Assembly (NCBI GenBank): GCA_016180525.1
Contig: JACPBB010000001.1
Span: 75,320 to 139,319, forward strand
Direction: 5' to 3'
DNA length: 64,000 nt
Source of the DNA: Parcubacteria group bacterium
Lineage (GTDB): Bacteria > Patescibacteriota > Minisyncoccia > Phycocordibacterales > UBA2135
The translations under genes and the position numbers were made by a program. Position 1 is the stretch's first letter; each line of letters opens with the position of its first letter. Below, piece after piece: positions 20,957 to 30,634 of the stretch. A model generated the notes under the pieces. That model worked only from the letters and a program-made list of their open reading frames with translations. It was not told where the DNA came from and did no database searches.

Positions 20957-23900
20957 TTATTTGTTCTTTTTTAAAATCCTTACTACCCCCTCATTCGCAT
21001 CCACCTCCACGAGGTCGCCGTCTCTAAGAATTTTAGTGGCAACCCTGGTCCCTATGATACACGGGGTATCTAGTTCACGAGCAGAAATCGCCGCGTGAGA
21101 AAGCATTCCTCCAACATCGGTCACAATAGCCCCCGCCTTTTTTAGGCCGTCCATGAAGTCAGGATCTGTGGTTGCAGAAACAAGAATATCTCCTCTTTGC
21201 ATTTTGTCTATAGCGTTCTTTAGGACTTGAGGGTTGCTAAAGTCCCTACTAATAATTCTCACAATCCCTCTAATTTTTCTTCCAAGACCGTGCGCAATGG
21301 TTCCTTTTAAAATTCCTTCTTCTTTTTTTGTGTCGGGTGCAAATGTATCCCAGAGTTTAAGAGCCACCTCACCCGTATAGAGAAAGCGCCTACAATCTTT
21401 ATCAACATAAAATGCGTATGCTTTTTTTCGCTCTTCAATCTCAAATTCTGTTACCTTTTTATTCTCAAAAAGACAAAGCACTTCACTCTCTGTATACCAG
21501 CTGAACATTTCAGTTGAAATCTTAAACTGCTTACTTAATTTTTTAATAAGAGTCATGAGCCATCCATTGGAGTCTATAAAAGGCATATTGAGTCTTTCAC
21601 GAATTTCATTTTTGTAGTTTTCAATAAGTTTTACATTTTTTTTCGCTTGAGAATTTTTGCTAATTGATGCCCACATGCCGTCAGAATAATGAATGTCAAA
21701 ATATCTATATTCTCTGCAAATATCGGCTAGTTTTTTAAACATATATATGGCATCCTCTTTTGAAAAAATTTTCTTTCCCTGATAAACAGAGAGCTCTTGC
21801 TCCATGTCGTCAACTGTCTTTTTAATTGAATTGGTGCTTTTTTGTAGAGCTTTTGCGGTAAACGAGGAACCAATTTTATTAAGTTTTGCAACTGAATCTT
21901 TGTGCGCAAAAACACGAAGGATATAATTCTTCCATAAAACTAAAACCTCCCAGTTGCTATAATAAGACAATATAAGATCTTCAAATAAAAAAATTGACCC
22001 TTGCGATTCAAAAGAAAAAATAAAATCTTTCTTATCAAAGGCTGGGGCTTGCGAATCTTGTCTTTTTAAAACCCTCACCACCCCCTCATTCGCATCCACT
22101 TCCACAAGGTCGCCATCTTTTAAAACTTGCGTGGCGATTTTTGTGCCGATAACGCAGGGTTTTTTAAGTTCGCGTGATACAATGGCGGCGTGGGAAGTAA
22201 TACCACCTTCATCGGTAACAAAAGCAATTGCTTTTTTGAGAGCTGGCATAAATTCAGGAGTTGTCATTGCCGTTACCAAAACTTCTCCGTCGCGAACCGC
22301 CCCTATCTTACTTTTTGATATGATAACTCTCACTTTCCCCTTCGCATATCCTGCATACGCAGTAACGCCTTTTATAATATTAGTATCTTTGTTTTCAGCT
22401 CCTTTAATGCTGAGGCCTTCAAGCACTGCGTATTGAGCAACAGACATAAACTGAATCCCCCTAGCACCATAGACAAACCCTTTCATGCGTTTTTGTATTT
22501 CTTTTTCATTGGGCACTATCCCTTTTATTAAAAAATTATATGCTTCACCAAGAGAAATAAATTTGGCGTACGCTTCCTTTTTAAACATTCTTTTGCTAAT
22601 TTCTTGAGCAAGTTGTCTGGCAACCCTGTCCCCCTCAGGGCCAACTTTTTCAGTTTCAGCACGTGTTTTTGCCGCAACAGAAATCTCTTTTTCCCACCTC
22701 TTGTTTTCTGAATGATTTTCCATTTGAATCGGAAACCAGAAGTTTATTACAAACGTGGGCTCTAATTTTGTATGAGCATCAATAAAGTTTTTGAGCAATT
22801 TTGCTAATTCTTTATCAGAAAGACGAGATAATATACTTTTATCAACGGTATCAACTGTTCCCAGAAAGTTTTTATAGTGTTTAAATAATTCTTTTGAGTA
22901 TTTGCTTATAAAATTTTGATTTTTATCTAGTTCTGCTAGAATAAACGCCCTCATTTTTTCAATGTGCTCAATCGGCGCTCTATAAATATCAAGATGGTCT
23001 ACGTAAATATCAAACAACACTTCTGCGTAAGACCAATTAAATTGCTTGTTAAATTCTTTAGTAAATCCTTCATGCAGCATTTCTACTATAAATAACGGCC
23101 AATCGCGGGTAATGCTTTTTTCAAATATTAATTTACTAACCTTCTCTATTTTTACATTTGAAAGAGTGGTAATCGGCCGACTTTGAACAATATAAAATTT
23201 CCCTTTCTCATACGCCCACTCAATGTCAACCGGGAATTCGTAATGCTTTTCAATCTTAAGAACTAATTCGGAGAGTTGTAAAATTTGTTCATCAGTCAAA
23301 ACTTGCTTCTCGCCTTTTTCTTTTGGCACCGCAACCCACTCATTCCCTATTTCACCATTCGCGCGAATTAGAGATTTGTTTTGTGTAACAATGTTTTTAT
23401 CAACAATTCGTCTCGGCTCTTTTTCTACCACATACGAGTCAGGCGTAATTTGACCCGACACAATTGCCTCGCCAAGCCCGAGCGCCGCTTCAATAATGAG
23501 CTGATTATAGTCTTGCGTTACTGGATGAACTGAAAACGCAATACCCGACACCTCGCTCTCCACCATTTTCTGTACTACAACCGCGACAGAAATTTTCTGC
23601 GTATGAAGTCCTTTTTCAAAGCGGTAGAAAATAGCGCGCGGCGTAAAAAGTGAGGCCCAGCATTTCTGCACATTTTCAAGTAGTTTTTCTTCCGTGGTGT
23701 TTAAAAAACTGTCTAACTGCCCCGCCCATGCGGCAGTCGCGGAGTCCTCTGCTGTGGCAGATGAACGCACTGCAACATATTTTGCGCCAAGTTTTTTAAA
23801 AGATTTCCCAATATCTTTCGCAATATCTTTTGGCATCTTTGCTTCAAGAATAAGTGCCTGAATTTTCTCCGAAGCGTTTTCAACCGTATGCATTTGTTCG

Positions 23901-24100
23901 TGTTTTACCGTGTGAAGAATGGAATCAATCTCAATATTCAAGTCAGTCTCCGTAAGAAATTGTTCAAATGCATCAGCAAGTACGACAAATCCTGGGGGCA
24001 CTGGAATCCCCGCCCGTGTCATCTCTCCTAAAGAAGCCCCCTTGCCTCCGGCGGCAGAAACATCTGATTTTGATATATCTTTGAAAAATTTTAAAAACAT
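20957..24100 (-). CDS. PEP synthase / pyruvate-phosphate dikinase-like protein: N-terminal ATP-grasp (PPDK_N-like) domain plus two PEP-utilising phosphohistidine mobile domains; no C-terminal PEP/pyruvate TIM barrel
   Basis: N-term MFLKFF...GGKGASLGEM...PVPPGFVV; mobile-domain motifs GGITSHAAIVSRELKKPCVIG (middle) and GGMLSHAAISARELDTPCIIG (C-term). Confidence 0.75.
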   Translation of the reverse strand: MFLKFFKDISKSDVSAAGGKGASLGEMTRAGIPVPPGFVVLADAFEQFLTETDLNIEIDSILHTVKHEQMHTVENASEKIQALILEAKMPKDIAKDIGKSFKKLGAKYVAVRSSATAEDSATAAWAGQLDSFLNTTEEKLLENVQKCWASLFTPRAIFYRFEKGLHTQKISVAVVVQKMVESEVSGIAFSVHPVTQDYNQLIIEAALGLGEAIVSGQITPDSYVVEKEPRRIVDKNIVTQNKSLIRANGEIGNEWVAVPKEKGEKQVLTDEQILQLSELVLKIEKHYEFPVDIEWAYEKGKFYIVQSRPITTLSNVKIEKVSKLIFEKSITRDWPLFIVEMLHEGFTKEFNKQFNWSYAEVLFDIYVDHLDIYRAPIEHIEKMRAFILAELDKNQNFISKYSKELFKHYKNFLGTVDTVDKSILSRLSDKELAKLLKNFIDAHTKLEPTFVINFWFPIQMENHSENKRWEKEISVAAKTRAETEKVGPEGDRVARQLAQEISKRMFKKEAYAKFISLGEAYNFLIKGIVPNEKEIQKRMKGFVYGARGIQFMSVAQYAVLEGLSIKGAENKDTNIIKGVTAYAGYAKGKVRVIISKSKIGAVRDGEVLVTAMTTPEFMPALKKAIAFVTDEGGITSHAAIVSRELKKPCVIGTKIATQVLKDGDLVEVDANEGVVRVLKRQDSQAPAFDKKDFIFSFESQGSIFLFEDLILSYYSNWEVLVLWKNYILRVFAHKDSVAKLNKIGSSFTAKALQKSTNSIKKTVDDMEQELSVYQGKKIFSKEDAIYMFKKLADICREYRYFDIHYSDGMWASISKNSQAKKNVKLIENYKNEIRERLNMPFIDSNGWLMTLIKKLSKQFKISTEMFSWYTESEVLCLFENKKVTEFEIEERKKAYAFYVDKDCRRFLYTGEVALKLWDTFAPDTKKEEGILKGTIAHGLGRKIRGIVRIISRDFSNPQVLKNAIDKMQRGDILVSATTDPDFMDGLKKAGAIVTDVGGMLSHAAISARELDTPCIIGTRVATKILRDGDLVEVDANEGVVRILKKNK

Positions 24101-24103
24101 AAT

Positions 24104-24367
24104 TTATGAAAATCGTGTTTTGCTTTTTAAAAATTCCGCGGAGTAAAAAAGAATAAGCGCGCCGAGCGTGAAAAAAAATGTAAAGCCCCATATATCTATT
24201 CCCGATACGTTGTAGAGCAAGTCATAAAAAATCGCCCATGCGATAATTTCGTAAAAATTTTTCTGAACAAGCACCAAAGCAATTCCAATAATAATCGTAG
24301 CCCACCACGGAAGAAACAGTATTGAAACCAATAGTATGCTATTTAACCCAAGGCGCTTTAAGGACAT
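24104..24367 (-). CDS. Small polytopic membrane protein, MreD-like by operon position
   Basis: 87 aa, hydrophobic, directly follows mreC. Confidence 0.4.
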   Translation of the reverse strand: MSLKRLGLNSILLVSILFLPWWATIIIGIALVLVQKNFYEIIAWAIFYDLLYNVSGIDIWGFTFFFTLGALILFYSAEFLKSKTRFS

Positions 24368-24414
24368 AATTATTTTTGATTAACAATAGTAAATCTGAAA
24401 TTTGAAATCTGAAA

Positions 24415-25272
24415 TTATTCTTGTTCTTCTATTTTTAATATAAGGTCGTCAGTGACCAAAACAAATTGAGTAGTAAAAATATTAATAGGGGCTCGAAAGA
24501 AAACGGACTGGAATGAGCTCGTAGATTTTGACTCTATTTTAAGAACTGTGCCTAAGAGATAATTATGAATTGAAGGATACATAACAGCATCGCCCGCGGC
24601 TATCTCTATGTCCCGAGGAATTTTAATTTCAAATACTCCACCTCCCTGGCCATACGCGGTAGCGGAAATTTTTTTCTTTGAAATTACCGCGTGGGTTTCA
24701 GTATCAGGAGAAGAGAAGAGCCGTATTTTAGCGCTGTGCGCATAGACCGTATCCACAACCCCCAATAAAACATTACCAGAAATTACAAGAGAGCCTGTTA
24801 TAATATCGCGGTCTTTTCCAATATCAATATAAAAAATGTCATAGGGAGAACGATTTGGTTGGGAGAGAACGCGGCCCAAAATTCCTCGCGATACATCCTC
24901 TCTTCCAAGCAATCGTTTTAATTCTTCATTTTCTTGTATTACTGCTTCATATACAAGCGTCTGCGTTTTTGCGATACGAAGCGCGTTTTGCAGTTCAGTG
25001 TTTTCTTCAACAAGATTTTGTTTATCTTTAAAAAAAATACCAGCAGCAGAAAAACGTTCTGCAATAAAAACGCCAATGTTCCAAAAAATCCCCGATACAG
25101 AAACCGCACCCGCTTCAAGTGGCCGTACTACGAGAGATGCATACCACAAAATAAAAATAAGCACTGCGATTAGTGCTGTTCTTTTCACATATAATTTAGT
25201 TTTTTCTCTATTGCCTTGAAGCATAGTTTCACGAAATCTATTGTATCGGGGGTAACCCCTCATCACTATCAA
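24415..25272 (-). CDS. mreC: Rod shape-determining protein MreC
   Basis: N-terminal TM, coiled-coil (NTELQNALRIAKTQTLVYE...), C-terminal beta domain. Confidence 0.8.
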   Translation of the reverse strand: MIVMRGYPRYNRFRETMLQGNREKTKLYVKRTALIAVLIFILWYASLVVRPLEAGAVSVSGIFWNIGVFIAERFSAAGIFFKDKQNLVEENTELQNALRIAKTQTLVYEAVIQENEELKRLLGREDVSRGILGRVLSQPNRSPYDIFYIDIGKDRDIITGSLVISGNVLLGVVDTVYAHSAKIRLFSSPDTETHAVISKKKISATAYGQGGGVFEIKIPRDIEIAAGDAVMYPSIHNYLLGTVLKIESKSTSSFQSVFFRAPINIFTTQFVLVTDDLILKIEEQE

Positions 25273-26311
25273 TCAATACTTCTTGATGACCCTCTAAATT
25301 CTCAATAATAACTCCAGTACCACGCACAACGGCCGTCATCGGATCCGGAGCAATGTGAATAGGAATACGGACAGACTCTTCCAATAATTCAGAAAACCCA
25401 GAAATGGTAGCTCCTCCACCGACAAGAATAATTCCGCGTGCCATCACATCAGAGAGCACCTCGGGCGGCGTTGTTTCCAGCACTTCTTTTACTGCGTCAA
25501 TAAGAGTAAATATTGAACTTGAAATTGCTTCCCGAATATCGGTGTCTGTAATAATAACCTCCCTCGGTAGTCCTGTAACAAGATCCCGCCCCCGCACCGG
25601 AGCTTCAATCCGCTCACGCCCTTCGAGCACGGAACCAATCGCGATTTTAATACTCTCCGCGGTTCGCTCGCCAATCAAAATTTTAAATTCATTCCTGATA
25701 TAAGAAATAATATCCTCGTTAAAACGATCTCCGGCGATTCGGACATTTTTTGAACGGACAACGCCGCTTAAAGAAATGACGGCAATGTCAGTATTCCCGC
25801 CGCCGATATCAATAATCATACTCCCCACGGGCTCTTTTACAGGTAACTCTATACCGATAGCCGCGGCCATCGGCTCTTCTACTATATATACCTCGCGCGC
25901 GCCCGCATTTTTTGCCGCGTCACGAACCGCGCGGGTTTCAACATTTGTGATATTTGAAGGGACACCAACCACAACAGTTGGACGCGCAAGTTTTGGAGAA
26001 ATTTTATGTACTTTTCTTAAAAAGTAAGCGAGCATTTCTTCGGCAACTTCAAAGTTGGAAATAACTCCATCAACAAGCGGACGAACGGCAGAAATATGTG
26101 CCGGGGTTCTCCCAAGCATTTGTTTTGCTTCAGTGCCCACAGCTACGACTTGCCCTGTTTTTTGATTGACCGCAACGACGGAGGGTTCATTGATTATAAT
26201 TCCCATGTTGCGGACATACACGAGCGTATTGGTAGTGCCCAAATCAATACCGACACTATTTGAAAACAGCGTGTATAATTTATCTTTTGTTTGTTTTATT
26301 TTTTTTCGCAT
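25238..26311 (-). CDS. mreB: Rod shape-determining actin homologue MreB
   Basis: GIDLGTTNT...VVGVPS...DIGGGNTD actin-fold motifs. Confidence 0.9.
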   Translation of the reverse strand: MRKKIKQTKDKLYTLFSNSVGIDLGTTNTLVYVRNMGIIINEPSVVAVNQKTGQVVAVGTEAKQMLGRTPAHISAVRPLVDGVISNFEVAEEMLAYFLRKVHKISPKLARPTVVVGVPSNITNVETRAVRDAAKNAGAREVYIVEEPMAAAIGIELPVKEPVGSMIIDIGGGNTDIAVISLSGVVRSKNVRIAGDRFNEDIISYIRNEFKILIGERTAESIKIAIGSVLEGRERIEAPVRGRDLVTGLPREVIITDTDIREAISSSIFTLIDAVKEVLETTPPEVLSDVMARGIILVGGGATISGFSELLEESVRIPIHIAPDPMTAVVRGTGVIIENLEGHQEVLIDSDEGLPPIQ

Positions 26312-26318
26312 TATGTTG

Positions 26319-27566
26319 TTAATGGTCAGTTATATACTGCGCAACTTTATTTATTTTTACCTCTTTTACCTCTCCGCTTTTTCTGTCTTTAATCTCAACG
26401 GCTTCTTTCTTCACGAGAGCTTCGCTTATAATAATACTCGTAGGAATGCCCATAAGCTCTGCATCAGAAAATTTAATCCCCGCACCCGCCACTCTGTCAT
26501 CATAGAGGGTCTCTATGCCGTTCTCTATAAGTTCTTTATAGAGTGCTTCCGCCTTATTTGCAACGTCTGTGCTCTTGCCAGCAAGCGAGATAAGGTGCAC
26601 CTGAAACGGAGCAACCGACTTCGGCCACACGAGCCCCCTGTCATCCCCGAGAATCTCGGCAATAGCACCCATGACCCGCGACGGCCCCAGTCCGTAACAT
26701 CCCATAACAGTCGGCTGTGATTTTCCTTTCTCATCTTTGAACGAAAGGCCAAGTGCTTCTGAAAAACGAGTCCCGAGTTTAAAAATGTTTCCCACTTCAA
26801 TCGCCTTGTGTTCCGTAAGTGAGTCTTTGTGAAGCCCGAGGTCAGAGAGCACTGCATCCGTGTATACTTCTGCATTAATGCCAATTTCTTTTTCGCGCGA
26901 AACATACACCGTGTCCTCGCCCGCTTCCGAAAGAGCTTGAAACTCATGACTGTATTTTGAAAATGCTCCCCCGCTTGCAAAAGTTAAAACAGTTTGCTCT
27001 CCAATACCAACGCGTTTAAATATTTTTTTATACGCTTCTTGCACCCGTTTGTAAAACATATCCAAGTCTTTTTCATCTGTGTGAAACGAATACAAATCTT
27101 TCATCCTAAACTCTCTGCCTCGCAATATGCCGCTTTTGGCCCGTTCTTCATTTCTAAACTTTGTTTGAATCTGATACGCAGAAAACGGCAAGTCTTTATA
27201 TGACCCCACGTGCTGCGTAAGCGCGTGCACAATCTGCTCTTCTTGTGTCCAGCCAAGCCCGACTTCAGCCCCCTCTTTGAGCTGCGTCTTAAACCACACA
27301 TCCTGCTCCCACCGGTCTGATTTTTTCCAAAGCTCCGGATTCTGAAGAGCAGTCAAAAGCACCTCCTGCGCTCCGAGCGCATTCATTTCTTCACGAACAA
27401 TATTTTCTATCTTTGAAAGCACACGCAGACCAAGCGGCAAATACGCGTAAACTCCGGCCATTTCCTTATGAATAAACCCCGCGCGAATGAGTAAGCGCGC
27501 GTTTTTTGAAACCTCGCCTTTCGGCGCCTCCTTGCGGGTTTTTGTAAAAATTTCTGAGAATAACAT
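26319..27566 (-). CDS. proS: Prolyl-tRNA synthetase, short bacterial form without editing insertion
   Basis: class II aaRS motifs (FRNE, RGREF), C-terminal anticodon-binding domain, 415 aa. Confidence 0.85.
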   Translation of the reverse strand: MLFSEIFTKTRKEAPKGEVSKNARLLIRAGFIHKEMAGVYAYLPLGLRVLSKIENIVREEMNALGAQEVLLTALQNPELWKKSDRWEQDVWFKTQLKEGAEVGLGWTQEEQIVHALTQHVGSYKDLPFSAYQIQTKFRNEERAKSGILRGREFRMKDLYSFHTDEKDLDMFYKRVQEAYKKIFKRVGIGEQTVLTFASGGAFSKYSHEFQALSEAGEDTVYVSREKEIGINAEVYTDAVLSDLGLHKDSLTEHKAIEVGNIFKLGTRFSEALGLSFKDEKGKSQPTVMGCYGLGPSRVMGAIAEILGDDRGLVWPKSVAPFQVHLISLAGKSTDVANKAEALYKELIENGIETLYDDRVAGAGIKFSDAELMGIPTSIIISEALVKKEAVEIKDRKSGEVKEVKINKVAQYITDH

Positions 27567-27665
27567 CTTTCAATAATATCTTAAAGAATGCTCTAATTCA
27601 AACGCATATTACGAATTTGAAAAGACACACTATTGGGTATATACTTTTAGCAGAAACGCAAATGA

Positions 27666-27920
27666 ATGGGTGCAGAGATGACCGAAGGAAAATGCAGAGT
27701 TCTCGGGATGTTCTTGTTTATTCTCGTATGGCTTGCACTTGAACATCTGTGGGACTATTTCTTTATGCCATGGCCATCAGTTGATGTGGCGCTTGCTATC
27801 CTCGTACGAAGTATCTTTGTGCTTACGCTCGTTGCATTATGTGCGGGTGGCATATTTCTCTCATTCGCGCCCGTGCGCTATCTCGGTTTAAGACCGCCCA
27901 CCATTGACGACCCTTGGTAA
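27666..27920 (+). CDS. Small hypothetical membrane protein (84 aa)
   Basis: two predicted TM segments; followed by a clean terminator. Confidence 0.45.
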   Translation: MGAEMTEGKCRVLGMFLFILVWLALEHLWDYFFMPWPSVDVALAILVRSIFVLTLVALCAGGIFLSFAPVRYLGLRPPTIDDPW

Positions 27921-27941
27921 TTACAAAACTTAGAATTTTGA

Positions 27942-27981
27942 AAACCGCTTCAGAAGACACTTGAAGCGGCTTTTCTTTTTT
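27942..27981. terminator. Intrinsic terminator AAACCGCTTCA...TGAAGCGGCTTT + T-run
   Basis: seen directly. Confidence 0.6.
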
Positions 27982-27995
27982 ATACTCGGTGACAG

Positions 27996-29102
27996 TTAGG
28001 AGCCAATCAGCCGTGCGATATCATTGTATGTGACAAGCACCATAAGAAGAACAAGTATTGCAAACCCGGCCGCGTGAATTGTATTTACAATTTTGTAATT
28101 TACCGGAGAACCTTTTATTGCTTCAATTATAAGAAACAGCAAGCGCCCGCCGTCTAACGCCGGTATCGGAAGCAGATTCAAAACTCCCAAGTTAATTGAA
28201 ATAAACGCGACAAAGCTTAATAAATACGCAAACCCTAAATTTGTCGCGTCTCCCACCAAAGAAACAATGCCGACAGGCCCGGTAAGATTCGCAAGGTCGG
28301 CACTGCCTTTAAAAGCATCCGCAATAAGTCCTAAAAACGCAACAACTATCGCGCCGATAAGCGTTACGGTCATCTTCCCTCCCTCAAAAATTGCTTTAAA
28401 AAAAGGCAGCTGCACCAAGCCAATAGAATTCATTGCTATGCCAATGGCTGGCCTGTCACTGACAATACCTGAAACTGGCATGACAACAACACTCCCTTCT
28501 TTTTTTTCTTTCTCACGCTGGTATGTAAGTATGATTTCTTCTTTCTCGTGCCGTGCGATAAACTCTTGAGTTTCAAGCGCCGTCGGAAGAGAAAGTGTGT
28601 TGTTCTTTGCAGAAAGAGAGATAATAGTGTCTCCCGCCATAAGACCCGCGGCTTCCGCGGGAGAGTTCCGCTCTACTGCGGTAATAAGCAGCCGCTCGTC
28701 TTTTATCGTTGCCCCGCTTATATTTTCATCAACGGACATTGGCAGACCGGAAATAAATCCGACAGAAAATAAAATCCACGCGAGCAAAAAATTAAAGCCG
28801 ACTCCGGCAACAATCACTCCCGTCTGTACCCACTTTGGTTTATTTATAAAACTCCGAGCACTATCAGATCCATGCAATGATTCATCGTCTGGATTTTCTC
28901 CAAAAATTTTAACAAAACCCCCAAACGGAATCGCGTTCACTGTATATTCCGTCTCCCCTTTTTTAATGCCGAAAAGTTTGGGCGGAAACCCAAACCCAAA
29001 CTCATCAACTCGTATGCCGGACTTTTTCGCAACAATAAAATGCCCGAACTCGTGCACCAAAATGAGAACGGCAAGTACAATTAAAAAAATAATTATGTTC
29101 AT
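27996..29102 (-). CDS. rseP: RIP zinc metalloprotease RseP (site-2 protease, M50 family)
   Basis: HEFGH zinc motif in TM1, PDZ-like middle region, LDGG motif. Confidence 0.85.
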   Translation of the reverse strand: MNIIIFLIVLAVLILVHEFGHFIVAKKSGIRVDEFGFGFPPKLFGIKKGETEYTVNAIPFGGFVKIFGENPDDESLHGSDSARSFINKPKWVQTGVIVAGVGFNFLLAWILFSVGFISGLPMSVDENISGATIKDERLLITAVERNSPAEAAGLMAGDTIISLSAKNNTLSLPTALETQEFIARHEKEEIILTYQREKEKKEGSVVVMPVSGIVSDRPAIGIAMNSIGLVQLPFFKAIFEGGKMTVTLIGAIVVAFLGLIADAFKGSADLANLTGPVGIVSLVGDATNLGFAYLLSFVAFISINLGVLNLLPIPALDGGRLLFLIIEAIKGSPVNYKIVNTIHAAGFAILVLLMVLVTYNDIARLIGS

Positions 29103-29130
29103 GGGTGCTAGGTGTTAAAAAGCTTAGTGT

Positions 29131-29694
29131 CTAGGCAGAAATTTCTTTTTCTTTTTTCGCCACCATTTCGTTAAAGAGTTTATTCGCGTCATCAATCATT
29201 TTTTGCATTTCGTCTTTAAATCGAAATTTATCGTCTTCCGGAATTTCTCCATCCCGTTCTTTTTTCTGAATATCCTCCCACACGACATCACGCGCCTTGC
29301 GAGTGCGCACCCGCGCTTCTTCATGTTTTGTTTTCACAATTTTTAAAAGCGTTTCCCGTGTTTCAGAGGTAAGCTCCGGAAAAATGACCCGCACTCCGTC
29401 GCCAGATGTCGTCGTTGAAATGCCGAGCCCGGCGTTTATAATCGCCGTTTCAATCGGTTTAATCTGATTTTTATCCCACGGCGCGACGAGAATTGTCTTC
29501 GCATCAGAAACAGTCACGCTCGCCACATGATTTATGGGAACCTGTGAGCCGTATGAATCAACTTTTATACTGTCTAAAATAGAAGGTGTCGCCCGCCCCG
29601 TGCGAATATGTGAGAGTTCTTTTCCGAACCATTCTTTTATTTCTTCAAGTTCTTTTTTAAGCGATGAAAAATTGTACGTCATGTATTGAGGCAA
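29131..29694 (-). CDS. frr: Ribosome recycling factor
   Basis: 187 aa, conserved RRF arm and head domains (GRATPSILD...). Confidence 0.9.
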   Translation of the reverse strand: MPQYMTYNFSSLKKELEEIKEWFGKELSHIRTGRATPSILDSIKVDSYGSQVPINHVASVTVSDAKTILVAPWDKNQIKPIETAIINAGLGISTTTSGDGVRVIFPELTSETRETLLKIVKTKHEEARVRTRKARDVVWEDIQKKERDGEIPEDDKFRFKDEMQKMIDDANKLFNEMVAKKEKEISA

Positions 29695-29778
29695 TTAGTT
29701 GTTGGTAGTCAATTGTTAGTTTCGTGTAATATATACAGGATTGTAGCATAAAAGACCAAAAAATAAGGGCTTTTTAAG

Positions 29779-29807
29779 CTTGACAAACATATATTATTGT
29801 GATAAAA
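29779..29807 (+). promoter_or_regulatory. Near-consensus sigma70-type promoter TTGACA-17 bp-TAAAAT driving the 29900 ORF
   Basis: ttgacaaacatatattattgtgataaaat seen directly; GGGAGG RBS 7 nt before ATG at 29900. Confidence 0.6.
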
Positions 29808-29899
29808 TTAAAACGGTAAATGCTCAACTGCGTGAGCACATATTTTGTAATCATCTGAACAGCTCGCAGTAACTGTTCGTTTTATAGGGAGGTTTCCCC

Positions 29900-30442
29900 A
29901 TGAAGTGCTATACCGTGAAACGCTTCTACCCTCAACCCATGGTTGGTGGAGGAATCGAGATCACCCATGACAACAAATACGGAGACGCGGTGGTAATCGG
30001 CAAGGATTGGAACGATAAGCGAGGGTGGTACTCCGCCACCGCCCTCTGCAAGAAGTTCCCGCCCAAGACGGATGGCGGGGTGCTCTTCACCGCTCATCCG
30101 TTCTTCTGTCACCCCAAGAAGGAGGAGAGCAAACCATTCTGGGTTCTGCGAGACGAAAATGAGAAGCGCAAAGACGACACGCGCGCCCTCGTCGTCGTGG
30201 ACTGCTCGAACATTTCCGCTCACCACCTCAGACCTCACGGAATCTGGTGTACGCTTGAGGGACACATCGTCACCGTCGCCTCCGGTCGTACGATTAACGA
30301 TGACGGAGTCGTGTACGCGGAAGACCTCGTCATCATGTATCCGGGTTCATCCGCGTCCGTCCGATTCGTCGGAAACGAGCAGGAATACCTCCTCCGCTAC
30401 GACGACCCGAGCAAGGGGCCGCAACTCGAAGTGATGCCGTAA
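29900..30442 (+). CDS. Hypothetical protein (180 aa) encoded in a markedly GC-rich cassette
   Basis: strong promoter, RBS and terminator define the + strand ORF; no recognisable domain. Confidence 0.6.
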   Translation: MKCYTVKRFYPQPMVGGGIEITHDNKYGDAVVIGKDWNDKRGWYSATALCKKFPPKTDGGVLFTAHPFFCHPKKEESKPFWVLRDENEKRKDDTRALVVVDCSNISAHHLRPHGIWCTLEGHIVTVASGRTINDDGVVYAEDLVIMYPGSSASVRFVGNEQEYLLRYDDPSKGPQLEVMP

Positions 30443-30470
30443 CCGGCATTAACACGCCACTATCGCCTTC

Positions 30471-30504
30471 AGAGGCGACTCGCAAGAGTCGCCTCTTCTT
30501 TTTT
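30471..30504. terminator. Intrinsic terminator AGAGGCGACTC-gcaa-GAGTCGCCTCT + T-run
   Basis: seen directly. Confidence 0.65.
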
Positions 30505-30584
30505 CCAAAAATTGGGGAGCATAAGCGACCATAATTTTTGCCTGCCCCGTAGCCAGTGCGAAGCACTGTGGTACTGGGGAGAAT

Positions 30585-30634
30585 CCTCTCTTTTTGAGCT
30601 CATTTTAAATTTAGAAGAGTCTAAAAAGAGGGAG
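30585..30634. repeat. Intergenic palindromic element CTCTCTTTTTGAG...CTAAAAAGAGGGAG, paralogue of 10386-10435; immediately 3' of holB
   Basis: seen directly. Confidence 0.6.

Noticed and set aside
28597-29118. 173-aa + strand ORF
   Set aside because: Antisense to rseP, whose HEFGH/PDZ/LDGG motifs fix the true frame on the minus strand.
29882-30265. 127-aa minus-strand ORF in the GC-rich cassette
   Set aside because: The + strand frame has a consensus promoter, GGGAGG RBS and downstream terminator. The minus ORF is a GC-rich antisense shadow.
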